DNA of 64,000 bases from Asterias rubens (taxonomy: Eukaryota). Where the stretch lies: the NCBI RefSeq assembly GCF_902459465.1, contig NC_047070.1, forward strand, positions 18,290,001 through 18,354,000. Reading direction: 5' to 3'. The notes beneath the pieces are model-generated. The model did not search any database. It worked only from the letters and a program-made list of their open reading frames with translations, and was not told the origin of the DNA. Both the position numbers and the translations under genes were made by a program. Positions 62,401 to 64,000 of this stretch are shown here, one piece after another (positions within the stretch are counted from its first letter, which is position 1; each line of letters opens with the position of its first letter).

Positions 62401-64000
62401 ACACAATAAATGTGCACCAAGGTTGTCTTTAATTATTCTCTTTCAACTTTGATGACCAATTGAGTCCAGATTTTCACAGATTTTTGTTTATGCATAATTT
62501 GGTCTTTGACAATTACCAAAGGTTTCCGGTGCCTTTAACAATTCATGAATAAAGAGTTTACAAAAATTCTTTAATTGCTACGTACCCGAGTTAGGTGTTC
62601 CACTTGAGTATTTAATTCTTCCTTCAGATACAGATCTCCGCTCTCCATCCAAACTTCTCTTGGGCAATGTTGACCGATGACAACCATCCATAGTCCGATC
62701 CATGGTGGCAGAAGTAAGCTCAGATGGGATCTGGAATCCAAGGCGGTTCCACGTCTCTTGAATAGCCTCCAAGCCCTTCGTCATTCTCCGAGCAATTGTG
62801 GCAATCGACATCACTTTGCGCCTCCGGGTCCAAGCATGTTTCACACGCCTTTTGCTGGGCGATGAGAATTTTTTTGAAGCGATTGCGTCCAGGGGGATGG
62901 TTTCTCTGAACTTGAGTCGTGACAGCTGGACCGTGGGTTGATTTGTTAAAATCTCTGCGAGAGAAACTTTCCCCAGAATCCTACTCCAGATGTATTGTTC
63001 ACTTCCATCTACATGAGGCACTGTAGAGCCAGTTGTTGCAGCATCACCACAGGCATCTGAGCTCGACTTCAGACCCTTCTCTTTTCCGTCCTCATAACTT
63101 GACAATTTGGACACTTGGGCATCACCAGATGGACCTGCCACCCGGTCACCTTCGGAGCACATCCTTGGTTTTTCAGGGGGGCTGGTTGAAAACCTCTTTT
63201 TAAATGGTTTCCTCTTTAGTTTACTGATAGCGTTATTCTGTCCTCCATCATTTGTCTTCCTCCTCTTAACTTTAGGCAGAGTTTCACAAACTTCATCTTC
63301 GTCGGTATCACCTTCATGACCATGTACACTGCTCTCCTTGGATTCCTGTACCCTCATCAAATGGAGAAAGTTTATTTCATCTTTCGAGATACTTTCCTCC
63401 AAAATGGTGTTCTCCTGCGATTGTGCATCTCCGTTAAAAACACCAGCTTCAGGAGAGATTCTTTTGGGAGTATTTGATCGGAAAACCACGGCGGATCTTG
63501 ACTCGTCTACAACAGCATCACAATTGGTATTCTCCTCACCTTTGTCTTGCGTTGATGAGGAGTAGTCTGTCGAGACCGTCTCTTTACTAATGGGTTTCCT
63601 CCGTCTCTTTCGAAGACCTCTTGGCTTCTTCAAAACTAAGTCACATTGTTTATGGACAGACTTTGAGGTATCTCTGGGAGGCAATTTGTGTACCTTGGAA
63701 TCCTTTTCAGTATGATCCTCACCAGCTTCTGATGAAAGGAATGCCTCTTGAGAAATCGTTTCTCTCCTCTTCCAACCGGCTTGTCTTTCCTCGATACGGG
63801 ACTTGTTTCTGGTTGGTGCACTGTGCTTTGTAATTGCTTCATTTTGTACATCAAAATCCTTTCCACTATAATTTTCTCCAGACTGCTTTGTGGGGTCAGA
63901 TAAGTTGTCTCTAGCAATATTTCTTGACCGTGTGATAACAGCTTGTGCCTCTTGTACAATGGCATCACAACGACCTGGATTTGTTATGGAGGCATCATTA
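50496..64000 (-). CDS. TOPAZ1: TOPAZ1-like germline protein: long disordered N-terminus, CCCH finger, helical C-terminal domain; 5' end lies outside the window
   Basis: Phase-consistent exons: >64000-62586, 61505-61266, 60796-60446, 60135-58762, 58131-57942, 57795-57510, 56981-56877, 56488-55964, 55782-55655, 54521-54356, 53932-53849, 53629-53568, 53409-53141, 52755-52489, 52152-51988, 51088-50496. VLSRLGINCL...QW, YTSLFNQVL, RLLISVL and YLLDLDSVGKWL resemble vertebrate TOPAZ1 C-terminal segments (from memory). C-x8-C-x4-C-x3-H finger in exon 56877-56981. Confidence 0.78.
51190..51830. repeat. Degenerate tandem repeat (about 75-90-bp unit, 7-8 copies) in the last TOPAZ1 intron
   Basis: Recurring GATTAAAGACTCTAGACACTAAATAGTAAT...AAAGGAAATAGAAACT.ATACAAGTAAAC...CCTAGCCAGG. 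Confidence 0.75.
59030..59875 (-). repeat. Coding minisatellite, 39-bp (13-aa) unit, about 21 copies: PLLSPEQQVGGQT
   Basis: Read directly from ORF 58673-60151. Confidence 0.95.
61843..62538. mobile_element. Two Kolobok-like MITEs in inverted orientation sharing one TTAA (62202-62205)
   Basis: Copy 61843-62205 and copy 62202-62538, each TTAA-bounded, in opposite orientations inside a TOPAZ1 intron. Confidence 0.8.

Noticed and set aside
36234-64000. Meiosis gene cluster (SFR1 plus TOPAZ1)
   Set aside because: The two genes are separated by unrelated genes and there is no shared regulatory evidence; adjacency is compatible with chance or ancestral linkage.

Overview
AT-rich, intron-rich animal DNA. 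Gene content, splice sites and repeat types suggest an invertebrate deuterostome, probably an echinoderm (inferred from memory of homologues, no database search run). Eight protein-coding loci are visible. In order: an unidentified gene with a large acidic/disordered exon (-, runs off the left edge), ZRANB1/TRABID (-), ADPRHL2/ARH3 (+), mitoferrin SLC25A37/28-like (-), a very short SFR1/Mei5-like gene (+), an intronless class A GPCR (-), FNTA (+) and a TOPAZ1-like gene (-, runs off the right edge). For the ZRANB1, ADPRHL2, mitoferrin, SFR1, FNTA and TOPAZ1-like models, exon chains were rebuilt by hand and are phase-consistent. Intergenic and intronic DNA holds TTAA-flanked Kolobok-like MITEs, Harbinger-like MITEs, CORE-like SINEs, a tRNA-like cassette, minisatellites and hairpins. 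The strongest candidate for a new system is in TOPAZ1. It carries about 21 tandem 13-aa repeats with Myc-like T-P-x-x-S-P motifs, inside a block of three frame-symmetric exons. That block is bracketed by a pair of reverse-complementary intronic sequences, which could allow in-frame skipping or circularisation. No CRISPR array, rRNA or autonomous transposase was found.
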